Translations under genes and position numbers: made by a program
Shown here: piece by piece, positions 1 to 9,106 of the stretch
Position numbering within the stretch: the stretch's first letter is position 1
How the letters are laid out: each line of letters begins with the position of its first letter
IMG/VR virus record: IMGVR_UViG_3300025875_000064
Location: 1 to 39,548 of that record
From: a virus
Taxonomy: Duplodnaviria > Caudoviricetes
DNA length: 39,548 bases
Direction: 5' to 3' (one strand)
Notes under the pieces: model-generated
Told to the model about the DNA's origin: nothing
Database searches by the model: none
What the model saw: the letters and a program-made list of their open reading frames with translations, nothing else

Positions 1-6
1 CGATCT

Positions 7-132
7 AGGGGCCGACAATGGACGTTGGGGCGGGGCAGGGCCAGCCCTACAGCGTGGATGGGGAGACGCTCGCAACCCTTATGGCTGCTGAGGAAACTCG
101 GCCCCTGGCGCTGTCGCTCATCAAGGCGAACC
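7..132. repeat. Terminal direct repeat, copy 1 (126 bp, identical to 39423-39548); assembly circularity overlap
   Basis: Base-by-base identity of aggggccgacaatg...aaggcgaacc at both ends; preceded by CGATCT, the 3' end of the Illumina adapter. Confidence 0.95.
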
Positions 133-1046
133 AAGAGGCGAACCAAGATACGCAGGCCAGCCGTGGCCGCTATGTGACCGAGCAGGGGAATGACGGCTCA
201 ATCTGGCAGCGGGACACCATGACGGGCGAGCAGCAGATCATCCGAGAGGCGCCCCAGCAGGCCGAGCAATACCGGATGCTCTCGCCCCAAGAGGCGCAGC
301 AGATGGGTTTGCCCGCCGGCGCCTATCAGGTGGGGGCGGATAACAAGATCAGCCCGATCGGTGGCAGCAACGGCACGAACGTGACGGTCAACAACACTGA
401 AACGCCTGCATTCTTCAAAACGTTGGATGAGCAGAACGCCAAAACCTTCTCCAGCTTGCTTGATGCCGGAGCGCAGGCGCAGGGCAATGAAGTCCGGCTG
501 GCTCAACTCGAAACCGAGCTCGCGAGCGCACCGCAAGGCATGCAGGGGAGCCTCGTTCAGCTTGCCGGCCGCTTCGGTGTCCCGATGGATGGGCTAGACA
601 ATGTGCAGGCCGCACAGGCGCTGATCAATCAGCTCGTCCCCGGCCAACGCCAGCCCGGTTCGGGCACCATGTCGGATGCGGATCTGGCTCTGTTCAAGCA
701 GTCGCTTCCGTCAATCGCCAATCAGCCCGGCGGCAACGAACGCATCCTCAAAACAATGCGGTCGATCAACGCCTATACGATGCAGCAAGCCCAGATCGCG
801 AACGATGTGGCGAACCGCGTAATCGACCCTGGCGAAGGGCGCAAACGCCTGATGGCCCTGCTTAACCCCCTAGCTGGGATAAAAGCGCCGCCCGCGAGCG
901 CTGGAAACGGAAACCGCACGCCCGATCTGGCTGTACCAGACGCGGGGAGTGTCGCACGGCCGGTCACGAAGGAAGACTACGAGGCTCTGCCCAGCGGTGC
1001 GAAGTTCGTAGATCCCGAAGACGGCAAGACCTACAGGAAGCCCTGA
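18..1046 (+). CDS. C-terminal part of virion ejection (DNA transfer) protein; true start is 38675 across the circular junction
   Basis: In frame with the ORF opening at 38675 through the terminal overlap; Q/G/A-rich; lies between two other ejection-type genes. Confidence 0.8.
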   Translation: MDVGAGQGQPYSVDGETLATLMAAEETRPLALSLIKANQEANQDTQASRGRYVTEQGNDGSIWQRDTMTGEQQIIREAPQQAEQYRMLSPQEAQQMGLPAGAYQVGADNKISPIGGSNGTNVTVNNTETPAFFKTLDEQNAKTFSSLLDAGAQAQGNEVRLAQLETELASAPQGMQGSLVQLAGRFGVPMDGLDNVQAAQALINQLVPGQRQPGSGTMSDADLALFKQSLPSIANQPGGNERILKTMRSINAYTMQQAQIANDVANRVIDPGEGRKRLMALLNPLAGIKAPPASAGNGNRTPDLAVPDAGSVARPVTKEDYEALPSGAKFVDPEDGKTYRKP

Positions 1047-2713
1047 TGCCACGATTTGCAGGTGTCCCGGTAGAGAGTGAAGGCGGTAAGCCGCGCTTTG
1101 TCGGCGTTCCCGTTGAACAGGCTCCCGAACTGGAAGAGTGGCGGCGTGGCATGTTGCTGCCGATGGAGCATAACCCCGCAACCGGTGAACACCGGTGGGC
1201 TGTCCCGCAGTTGCTCGTTGAGGCTGGCGAAGCGATACAGGCCCCCCTTAAAGCCCTGTCGGGTGGTTACGGGCTCGAACAAGACCCTGAGACAGGGCGC
1301 GTGTCCCCGATCACTTCTGAGATGGCCGGCGATGCGATGGGTGTTGCCGGTTTCGGTCCCGGCGGGATAACGGCGCCGGCAGCGGGTATCCCAAGCCGGG
1401 CGGCTGCCAATCTATCGGGGCGCGCCCGAAATGTTCTTTTGCGCGGCATCGAGGATGCGGGCATTCCGACTGATCAGGTCGGCAGGCAACTATCCGCGAT
1501 CGGGCCTGATGCCGTTTTGGCCGATTTAAGCCCGCGCCTGCAGAACCAAGCTGCAGCAATTGCCACAATGCCGGGTGCTGGACAGAAAACGGTGGTTGAT
1601 GCGCTTCGGGCACGCCAGTCCCAAGCCAACCCGCGCATTTTCGGCGACGTTGACGCGACCCTCGGGAAGTCGCCTGTGCCGTCGAGACTTCTAGAGGATA
1701 TCCGCAACAACCAGGTTTCCCTCGGTCCTGAGTACGACGCCGCTTTTCAGGGCGCCCGCGCAGTCGACACATCGCCCATTGCGCTCGATCTGGACAGTAT
1801 GGCCGTCAACCTGCGCGGTGATGCGCAAAGGGCTGCTCAGCGTGTGCGCTCAATGCTGAACGTCACCGGCACTGACCAACTGGACCCAAACCCTGCAACG
1901 CTGTTCCAAACCCGACAGGCCATTGATGACATGATGGCCGGCGACCTTGGCCCGCAGGCTCGTGCGGTCATGACGAACATTCGTCATCGTGTGGATCAGA
2001 CGCTTGCCGAAACAGTGCCGGGCATCAAAGAGGTTGACGCCAAGTTCGAGGAACTGGCCAAGCAACGCGAGGCAGTGCAGGCGGGGCAGCAGGCCCTTGA
2101 CAGCGGAAGGACCGCTGTGCGCCCGTCAGAACTCGTTGATCAGATGGTAGGGGGGTCTGTCCCGCAAAGGGGTATGGGTCCTTCCGGTGCGCCGTTCCGC
2201 TTGAGCCAAGGAGCCCGCTCGGAAATTGATCGGATGTTCGGCACCACCGTGAACGACCTGAACGCGCTCAAGCGCGCGGTGGGCGGGGAGGGGAATTGGA
2301 ACCGGGATCGGCTGGCGACAATTTTCGGGGCCGAGAAGGCGGATCGTCTCCTTGGTATTCTGGAGCGCGAGCGGCGGTATGCCGAGACGCAGAACCTCGC
2401 CTTGTCTGGTAGTCGGACGCAGGTGCTCAAGGCAGCGCAGGATGAAATTCGCGGCACTGAGAAGGGGCCAGGCTTCCTGCAAAGCCTACTCAACCTGCAA
2501 GGCGGTAGCGCTGCCGCGAAGTTGGCTGACTACACTCTCGGCCGCGCAGGGGCTGCCGGCCGCGAAAGCGACAATTCCCAGATCGCGCGCCTGCTTATGA
2601 GCGGCGCGGATACGGACTGGCAGTATTCGGTGCCGAAGTACCGTCCGGCGCTGCCCGGCGCGCTACCGACAGCGACGCGCGCACTCCCGTGGTATCTCAG
2701 TTCGGATCAGTGA
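1046..2713 (+). CDS. Large putative ejection/DNA transfer protein (P22 gp16 position)
   Basis: 555 aa, Ala/Gly-rich and helical, TGATG-coupled to the previous gene, last of three genes between tail needle and tail genes. Confidence 0.65.
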   Translation: MPRFAGVPVESEGGKPRFVGVPVEQAPELEEWRRGMLLPMEHNPATGEHRWAVPQLLVEAGEAIQAPLKALSGGYGLEQDPETGRVSPITSEMAGDAMGVAGFGPGGITAPAAGIPSRAAANLSGRARNVLLRGIEDAGIPTDQVGRQLSAIGPDAVLADLSPRLQNQAAAIATMPGAGQKTVVDALRARQSQANPRIFGDVDATLGKSPVPSRLLEDIRNNQVSLGPEYDAAFQGARAVDTSPIALDLDSMAVNLRGDAQRAAQRVRSMLNVTGTDQLDPNPATLFQTRQAIDDMMAGDLGPQARAVMTNIRHRVDQTLAETVPGIKEVDAKFEELAKQREAVQAGQQALDSGRTAVRPSELVDQMVGGSVPQRGMGPSGAPFRLSQGARSEIDRMFGTTVNDLNALKRAVGGEGNWNRDRLATIFGAEKADRLLGILERERRYAETQNLALSGSRTQVLKAAQDEIRGTEKGPGFLQSLLNLQGGSAAAKLADYTLGRAGAAGRESDNSQIARLLMSGADTDWQYSVPKYRPALPGALPTATRALPWYLSSDQ

Positions 2714-2939
2714 GAGCCGCGTACATCATCAACAGCAGGGCCGGGAAAAAGGCCATTGCACATGCGAGCCAGATATTTTGACCGACTAGCCCCCCTCGCG
2801 TTAGCCATAGCGAGGTGGCCGCCCAAACGCCGGCGATGGTGCTCAACCGCAGCATCCATTTCGAATTGATGCCCCGTTTGGCGCGCCGGAACCCGGTCGG
2901 CCGATATTCGTGAGGCTCTAGATCGAACTGCTTGGGCAT
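2697..2939 (-). CDS. Small membrane protein, moron-like, possible superinfection exclusion
   Basis: About 80 aa with two hydrophobic segments, opposite strand inside the late operon; candidate promoter GTGACG-N17-TATGGC upstream. Confidence 0.6.
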   Translation of the reverse strand: MPKQFDLEPHEYRPTGFRRAKRGINSKWMLRLSTIAGVWAATSLWLTRGGLVGQNIWLACAMAFFPALLLMMYAALTDPN

Positions 2940-2996
2940 CCCCAAGCCATAGCCGTTTCCAATCTTTTCGTCACCACCTCAACCGAAGGAACACCA

Positions 2997-3947
2997 ATGG
3001 CAATCCTCTGGCAGCCTGCGCCTGCGCCGTTCATCGACGCAAACGGCAACCCTTATGTTGGGGCAAAGGCCTATTTCTTCGATGCCAACACCACTTCGCC
3101 GCGGACAGTGTACCGCGACAGCGGCCTCGGCATTTCGCACGACCATCCGGTGGTCGCGAACGCGGCGGGCATCTTCCCGGCCGTATTTTTGCCGAGCGGA
3201 GATTATCGCCTGCGGGTGACGGACGCTCAGGGCGTGACGATCTGGGACGTGGATGGGATTAGCGCCCCGACTGCGGGGGCGGCAACCGATCCTGGCGCCG
3301 GTTCGACCAATCCAACCCTCCTTGCTAGAACGGGTGACATTAAGGACCGTTACGACGTAGGGCCGCACACTGGCTGGGTGCGCTGCAATGGTCGAACCAT
3401 CGGGAACGCGACCTCTGGAGCAACAGAACGCGCGAGCGCCGACTGTGAGGCGCTATTCGTATTCTTGTGGACAATCGATGGCGGGCTCTTTGTTTCCGGA
3501 GGGCGTAGCGCAACCGCAGCAGGAGATTTTGCAGCGAGCAAGACCATCCTCCTACCTGATTTCAGGCTCCGCGTTCGTGCTGGACTTGGGCGCATGGGCA
3601 GCGATGAAAGCCCGATCATGCCGGGTAATTTCGTGGACAGCGGCAACAATGACTTGCTGGGAACCACGGCGGGCAGATCTGCAATCGCGCTCACCATCGA
3701 CCAGATGCCAGCGCACGATCATGGCGGTGAAACAGGGCAGGCAGGTTCCCATTTCCACACCTATACCGCCCCTGGTCGCAGACAATTCTTTAACGGCACC
3801 AATCTCACCGACATCGACGGGCAGGCCGAGACAAGGAATACAAGCGGTGTCCCCGATCACGCGCACAGCATTCCATCGGCCGGCGGCGGGCAAGAGCACT
3901 ACAATATTCAGCCCACCAAGCTCGTCACCGTCTACATGAAGCTCTGA
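2997..3947 (+). CDS. Tail protein with N-terminal virion-attachment domain and tail-collar-like domain
   Basis: N-term FIDANGNP...GIFPAVFL...YRLRVTD; collar-like TGDIK...GWVRCNGRTIG; LTIDQMPAHDH and HYNIQPT motifs; RBS AAGGA. Confidence 0.8.
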   Translation: MAILWQPAPAPFIDANGNPYVGAKAYFFDANTTSPRTVYRDSGLGISHDHPVVANAAGIFPAVFLPSGDYRLRVTDAQGVTIWDVDGISAPTAGAATDPGAGSTNPTLLARTGDIKDRYDVGPHTGWVRCNGRTIGNATSGATERASADCEALFVFLWTIDGGLFVSGGRSATAAGDFAASKTILLPDFRLRVRAGLGRMGSDESPIMPGNFVDSGNNDLLGTTAGRSAIALTIDQMPAHDHGGETGQAGSHFHTYTAPGRRQFFNGTNLTDIDGQAETRNTSGVPDHAHSIPSAGGGQEHYNIQPTKLVTVYMKL

Positions 3948-3954
3948 GGCCGCG

Positions 3955-4296
3955 ATGTACGAACTTTCCCTAGTCGCGCATAGCGGGGTCGATTGGGCGC
4001 AGGCCATCGAGCTTATCAATGCCGAGACTGATCGACCGCTTACGGAAGCCGCTGAGGCGCTGATCGAGGTTCAGGTGAGCGATAGGCACGACCGGACCAT
4101 CTTGAACGCAACTTCAGCGGACGGCAGCGTGCAGCGTCCTAATGCCTCGGTGTTTCAGTGGCGGTTTACGCGTGATCAGATGCATTCCTTGCGAGAAGGC
4201 AGGACTTATCGCATCGGCTGCCGCCTTACGGTGGAGGGAAAGTCCATTCAGCTTTTCGGCGGCACGCTCGCCTATATTGACGGAGACCTCTCGTGA
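3955..4296 (+). CDS. Tail-associated small beta-rich protein (fibre/spike connector or chaperone)
   Basis: 113 aa between two tail genes, GTGA-coupled to the next gene. Confidence 0.6.
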   Translation: MYELSLVAHSGVDWAQAIELINAETDRPLTEAAEALIEVQVSDRHDRTILNATSADGSVQRPNASVFQWRFTRDQMHSLREGRTYRIGCRLTVEGKSIQLFGGTLAYIDGDLS

Positions 4297-6485
4297 ATTA
4301 CCTCCCTCCGATCCGCCTCCGTGTCCTTCCGGCGCTGTTGCCGGTGGACGCGAGGGAAGTGGAGTTCCGTGTCACTGCCACGGACATTGAGTGGCGCTAC
4401 GTCCCCGATTTTAACCAGCCGGCACCCGCCTGGCAGTACCTCATCGCCCGCGCGGCGTTGATAGGTCCGTCGGGCCCCCCGGTGGAGTTAAGAACGGACG
4501 GCACCGATCTACAGTATAGGGTGGTGGGGACATCGACTTGGTTCAAGATCATAACGATCAGCGACCTCTTTGCTTCGGCTAACGCAGCGGTCCTAGCGGC
4601 GCAACAGGCCGCAGCGATCGCCGCGCAGTCTGCCCAGGACGCCATCAACGCGGCCGCCGGGGCCGCGTTGGTTACTGGCGCCTTGCCGCGGGTGACCCGC
4701 GCCACGATCAGGGCTTTAGATACCGGGTCCATTACCGTGGCATATTCGACGGACGACGCGGCCTTGGGCCTCTTTCAGTGGACCTTAGGAGACTTCACCG
4801 AAGAAATTGCCGCAGATACCGCCGGTTTGATCTATCTGAGGGCCAATGCTGTAGCCGCATCAGCCGGTGCTTGGGTGCGGATCTGGGATCGCGATCCCAA
4901 TCGCAAACCCTCGCTCGCAAAGGTGCTTGCTCGCGTCAATGGGGGGGCGAACATCACCATAGCCTGTTATGGTGATAGCCTCACCTATGGGCAGGACGAG
5001 ACGCCGACCGGGACACTGCCTCCAATCAACAGTGCGTCACAGCAGCGCAGCTCGGACCCCTATCCGGAGACATTGCAAGCATCGCTCAGTCTAGTCGGGT
5101 TCTCTGGCGGCGTCACGGTTTTCAACCGAGGGTTCCCCGGCGACAGCTCCAGAACTGCGGTCGCTCGGTGGGCATTGGCTTCCGAAACCGATGTGGCTTT
5201 CATCATGTACGGCCATAACGACGCCAACAACTACGGCGGGTTTGGCTTGGTGTCCGTTGAGGATTACCGGGTCAATGTATCGTTGATGGTCGAGCGGAGG
5301 CTATCCCAGGGCACCGCCGTAATTATTCTGCTGCCGCCGCGCGTTAACAATGCCGTCTCTGATGCGGCTTTGCGTCCCTATGTGGCAGCATTGCGCCAGA
5401 TCGCTGCGGATTACGAGCTGCCTTGCATCGATACAAGCGAACAGCTCTCGGGGGTAACGAGCCTGTGGACAGATACGGTTCACCTTACCAGTTTCGCCTA
5501 TGCAGAAATCGGCTGGCACTTGGCAGCACTCTTCCTTGGCCGTGACGCTGGCGTGCAGTCCGTTGCGGCCGGGCATCTCTCCTATCCCACTGAACACATA
5601 GGCCGGGGCGGCACTCTCACCTTCTATGCGGAGGCGAAGGGCAACGGGCAAATGACTGCTCTCGCCCCTGGAGAAACGCTCGCGATCGGGGCCTATTGTT
5701 CGGCCGACGTGCTGCCGATCATTCACTCTCTCAATGGCACCGCAGCAAATATCGGACCGATAAGCGCATATTACGCTGGTGGCACCGGCGTCACCAAAGG
5801 TCTGCGGGTCGCGTCGTTTACCCACATTCTTGGGGTAATGCGGCAAAAGCTGACAGGTCCATTGCTCCACAAAGGCTATCGCACGCTCTATGTGCGGAAT
5901 GATGGGGCGGTAACCGCCTATATCGAAGCCGTTGAGTTTGCGCATCCGGAAGCCAGTTCGGCGATCTCGCAAAGCGGTTACAAGGTAGCCCCCGCCTTGG
6001 TTGGTATATGGCAACCCGCCAAAAGCGGTGATGTTCTGACGAATTGGTGGGCCAGCGTTGACTACTCGACCAAAGTCAAAGCCGCTACCAGCTTTATTGC
6101 CCGGCTCACGTTGACGGCAAATGGAACGAGCGGCAACGGGATCGCCATTTTCCGTGACCCACAATCAGCCGCCGAAATAATGAGCAACAGCTTCCTTTGG
6201 GTCTACCGCAACGGAACATCTCTCATCGTTCGGGAGCTAGTCGATCTCGGGCTCCCGGTGGCTGATACGACGACAGCCGATGTTTTCGCCGCGGGGCCTT
6301 GGACTGGCGAGATCCAGGTAGATCTCAGCGCCTCGGACTGCAAGGTCTATGTGGACGGGGTCCTGAGGGCCACGAGGGTAAATCCCGCCATTACATCCGG
6401 CTTCCCTGGACTTCTGGCTGACAAGGCGGAGCGCATGATCTGTCACGGCACGATGATCTCAGGTGCCGTAAAGGGGCCTTACTAA
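4293..6485 (+). CDS. Tailspike/receptor-binding protein with SGNH/GDSL hydrolase domain
   Basis: SGNH blocks GDSLTYG, NRGFPG, YGHND and DTVH; N-terminal repeat and Ala-rich coil; beta-rich C-terminus. Confidence 0.8.
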   Translation: MNYLPPIRLRVLPALLPVDAREVEFRVTATDIEWRYVPDFNQPAPAWQYLIARAALIGPSGPPVELRTDGTDLQYRVVGTSTWFKIITISDLFASANAAVLAAQQAAAIAAQSAQDAINAAAGAALVTGALPRVTRATIRALDTGSITVAYSTDDAALGLFQWTLGDFTEEIAADTAGLIYLRANAVAASAGAWVRIWDRDPNRKPSLAKVLARVNGGANITIACYGDSLTYGQDETPTGTLPPINSASQQRSSDPYPETLQASLSLVGFSGGVTVFNRGFPGDSSRTAVARWALASETDVAFIMYGHNDANNYGGFGLVSVEDYRVNVSLMVERRLSQGTAVIILLPPRVNNAVSDAALRPYVAALRQIAADYELPCIDTSEQLSGVTSLWTDTVHLTSFAYAEIGWHLAALFLGRDAGVQSVAAGHLSYPTEHIGRGGTLTFYAEAKGNGQMTALAPGETLAIGAYCSADVLPIIHSLNGTAANIGPISAYYAGGTGVTKGLRVASFTHILGVMRQKLTGPLLHKGYRTLYVRNDGAVTAYIEAVEFAHPEASSAISQSGYKVAPALVGIWQPAKSGDVLTNWWASVDYSTKVKAATSFIARLTLTANGTSGNGIAIFRDPQSAAEIMSNSFLWVYRNGTSLIVRELVDLGLPVADTTTADVFAAGPWTGEIQVDLSASDCKVYVDGVLRATRVNPAITSGFPGLLADKAERMICHGTMISGAVKGPY

Positions 6486-6718
6486 ACTGCCGTCCGGTCA
6501 ATCCGATCGAGCAGTTCTTCCTCGGTTTCGGGGGTGTACTTGTATTCCCACCCCGCTCCATTCCACCGACGATAGAGCTTTCCAAGTTCTGATTTTCTGG
6601 TGCCGTCAACCAGCCTGACCCGCAAAAGCGTGTTCCAGGGATGCCATTCCGCAGCATCTGCGGGCTCTTTTCTCTGGAGGGCGAAGTTAACAATGCGCGT
6701 TATTACTGACCTGAACAT
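6482..6718 (-). CDS. Hypothetical protein, moron-like
   Basis: 78 aa filling the gap between tail and lysis genes, convergent with the tail gene with overlapping stop codons. Confidence 0.55.
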   Translation of the reverse strand: MFRSVITRIVNFALQRKEPADAAEWHPWNTLLRVRLVDGTRKSELGKLYRRWNGAGWEYKYTPETEEELLDRIDRTAV

Positions 6719-6821
6719 GTGCTGAGCATCGCATTTGAATGATCAACTGCTCAGAACAGTAAGCGCCATTCCTGCTGGCTGTCTATAGCCACAGCAATAC
6801 CCCCATCGCTGAGCCCACCCC

Positions 6822-6843
6822 AGCCCGCCTAGAGCGGGTTTTT
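6822..6843 (+). terminator. Intrinsic terminator between tail and lysis genes
   Basis: GCCCGC-ctaga-GCGGGT hairpin followed by TTTT. Confidence 0.6.
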
Positions 6844-6869
6844 CATATCCCACATCGGAGCAATCCATC

Positions 6870-7592
6870 ATGAACTCTGCGTTCTTTGACGCGGTGCGCG
6901 CCTCGCTGTTTGGCGGGACGCTCACACAGCCACAGGTCGATGCGCTCAAAGCCATCGGCAAGGCATGGGACACATACGGCAACGGCCACACGCCTGCGGT
7001 CGCCTATGTGCTGGGGACCGCCTACCACGAAACCGGCCGGTTCCGGTTCATGCGGGAGATATGGGGCCCGACCGCAGCGCAGCGCAGATATGAGGGCAGG
7101 ACCGACCTCGGCAACACTGTCGCGGGCGACGGGCACAAGTTCCTGGGCCGTGGCTTTGTCCAGATCACCGGCCGGCGCAATTACGCGGATTGGGGAAAGC
7201 GCCTCGGGCTCGATCTGCTGAAAGAGCCCCAGCTTGCCGAGCAGCCGGAGATTGCCGCCCGCATCCTCGTGCAGGGCATGGTTCTTGGCACCTTCACCGG
7301 CAAGAAGCTGCAGGACTACATCAACAGCGACGGCGGGGACTACGTCAACGCCCGGCGCATCGTGAACGGCACTGACAAGGCCGACCTGATTGCCGGCTAT
7401 GCGGAGCGCTTTGCTAAGGCACTAGCGCTGAGCGGTAAGAAACTGCCGCCGGTCGTCGTGCCTGCGCAGCCCGACATCGTGCAACAGATATCGCCACCCG
7501 ATGCCCCGATCGAGGCGACGCCGCGCCCCGCCGACAGGCACTGGCTCGCGGCCCTTATCGATGCCCTCATTTCCATTTTCCGCAAGCGCTAA
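6870..7592 (+). CDS. Endolysin, glycoside hydrolase family 19 (chitinase-like)
   Basis: AYVLGTAYHET, YEGRTDLGN...GDG.KFLGRGFVQITGRRNY and ARRIVNG motifs; RBS GGAG. Confidence 0.9.
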   Translation: MNSAFFDAVRASLFGGTLTQPQVDALKAIGKAWDTYGNGHTPAVAYVLGTAYHETGRFRFMREIWGPTAAQRRYEGRTDLGNTVAGDGHKFLGRGFVQITGRRNYADWGKRLGLDLLKEPQLAEQPEIAARILVQGMVLGTFTGKKLQDYINSDGGDYVNARRIVNGTDKADLIAGYAERFAKALALSGKKLPPVVVPAQPDIVQQISPPDAPIEATPRPADRHWLAALIDALISIFRKR

Positions 7593-7603
7593 GGAGGCGC
7601 ATC

Positions 7604-8002
7604 ATGAACCAGATCGCCATCGACATCGTCGTCAACTACGTCCTCATGCCCGTGCTGGTGACCATCGTCACGGCAGCCGTCAGCTGGGCCGCGGTCCAGT
7701 ACAACAAGTGGACCGGGCAGCAGATCGAAGCCAAGGACCGCGAGGCGCTGCAGTCGGCCCTCCTGAACGGCATTCGCCTCGGTCTGCAGGCCGTGCTGCG
7801 CCAGCACCCGAGCGCAGATCCCGCTCGCCTCACCGTCGAGCAGCAAGCAATCGCTACGACCGTCGCGGCCGGCTACGTGCAGCGGTCTGTTCCTGACGCG
7901 GTGAAGCGTTTCGGCTTGTCCCCGACCCGCATCCGCGACTTGGCAGAGCCGAAACTGCCGCTGCCTATCGATCCTCTCGTCGCCGTAGGCAGGGCCGAGT
8001 AA
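7604..8002 (+). CDS. Putative holin (single N-terminal TM)
   Basis: Hydrophobic residues about 5-31, immediately after the endolysin, RBS AAGGAGG. Confidence 0.6.
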   Translation: MNQIAIDIVVNYVLMPVLVTIVTAAVSWAAVQYNKWTGQQIEAKDREALQSALLNGIRLGLQAVLRQHPSADPARLTVEQQAIATTVAAGYVQRSVPDAVKRFGLSPTRIRDLAEPKLPLPIDPLVAVGRAE

Positions 8003-8017
8003 GCCAAGGAGGCTGCC

Positions 8018-8476
8018 ATGCCTACCAGATGGAAACGTTTCCGGCGCAATTTGCCGAACAAGTTCCCCGAGTGGATTTGCTCTCTCGTGCTGCTGGCTAT
8101 CGGCATGATCTGCCTGCTGTCCCCCGAAAGCTTCCAGCGGCCCGAAATGGCCGCGTTTGTGAAGATCATGGGGCCGCAGCAATGGACGGCCCTGTTCCTC
8201 TCTGTTGGGCTCTGGCGAGTGGTCAGTATGGCGCTTAACGGAGAGTTCCCGGTCGGGGCCGGGCTGATGAGGGTAGCGGGCTCCGTCGCCGGCTGTACGC
8301 TGTACGGCGCTTGTGTGGGCCGCTCCTTTGAGGCGTCGACCGCCGCCTCCGTTTCGTGGGGCGTGGCCCTATATACCGCGTTTTTCGTGATGGATATCCG
8401 TAACGCGATCCGCTCTTCGGCGGACACCTTCAACGCGTGGAGGAAGGTCACGAATGTTGCTCCAGTGGTTTGGTGA
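8018..8476 (+). CDS. Multi-pass membrane protein of the lysis cassette (holin candidate)
   Basis: About four hydrophobic segments, basic N-terminus, RBS AAGGAGG. Confidence 0.65.
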   Translation: MPTRWKRFRRNLPNKFPEWICSLVLLAIGMICLLSPESFQRPEMAAFVKIMGPQQWTALFLSVGLWRVVSMALNGEFPVGAGLMRVAGSVAGCTLYGACVGRSFEASTAASVSWGVALYTAFFVMDIRNAIRSSADTFNAWRKVTNVAPVVW

Positions 8477-8804
8477 ACAGAGCGAGGCCGTAAAGCTGGC
8501 CATGATCGGCGTGGTGAGCGCTGTTGGGGCTGGAGTGTTCGGCGTTCTCAAGGAATGGCGGAAGCCGGTCCTGACCGCAGCCCCGCCAGCATCAACGGGG
8601 AAAACTATCGATCCTGACGAAATGATCGCCCATGCCGTAGAGGGAATAAGCGTTCATCTGGCAACCATCACAAAGCTGCTCAACGAGGGGGCGGATCGGG
8701 ACAAGGTTTCCGTCGCGTTGCTGGAAAAGCTGCTAGTCGAGGTGCGGGACGTGCGGGAGGAAATCCGCCTCGTCCATACCGTCATGTCGGCTCGGCATAA
8801 TTGA
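8454..8804 (+). CDS. Membrane-anchored coiled-coil protein of the lysis cassette
   Basis: One N-terminal TM then a helical C-terminus; overlaps the previous gene by 23 nt. Confidence 0.6.
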   Translation: MLLQWFGEQSEAVKLAMIGVVSAVGAGVFGVLKEWRKPVLTAAPPASTGKTIDPDEMIAHAVEGISVHLATITKLLNEGADRDKVSVALLEKLLVEVRDVREEIRLVHTVMSARHN

Positions 8805-9040
8805 CGGTTCGCTGTCCCATATGCCGGGCACCTGTCACCGATTGGTGGCCCTGGCGCATTGAACAGCAGCTTTTCGTGACATTCACTTGCTGCGGCCGCT
8901 TCCAGATCCGGTGCGAGCTTATTGTTCCCCCTGTATCAGGGGAGGTGGATATGGCTTGGGAGAGGTTTAAGCCGGGGAAAAGGGTTGATTCCCTTCAAGT
9001 GGATTCAGGCACTATTTCGCTTGATGGCGCAAAGACTTAG
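8801..9040 (+). CDS. Hypothetical protein with CxxC motif
   Basis: TTG start overlapping the previous stop; CPIC and TCC motifs. Confidence 0.35.
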   Translation: MTVRCPICRAPVTDWWPWRIEQQLFVTFTCCGRFQIRCELIVPPVSGEVDMAWERFKPGKRVDSLQVDSGTISLDGAKT

Positions 9041-9106
9041 GGCTGATTTCCTCGGCGAAAAAGGGCTGGTGAATCAGGCGCTCCATAGCCTATGATGTGG
9101 GGCGGG

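Noticed and set aside
5301-6164. 287-aa minus-strand ORF
   Set aside because: Shadow of the SGNH tailspike gene
2997-6485. Diversity-generating retroelement or invertible tail cassette
   Set aside because: No reverse transcriptase or invertase, and no template/variable repeat pair seen
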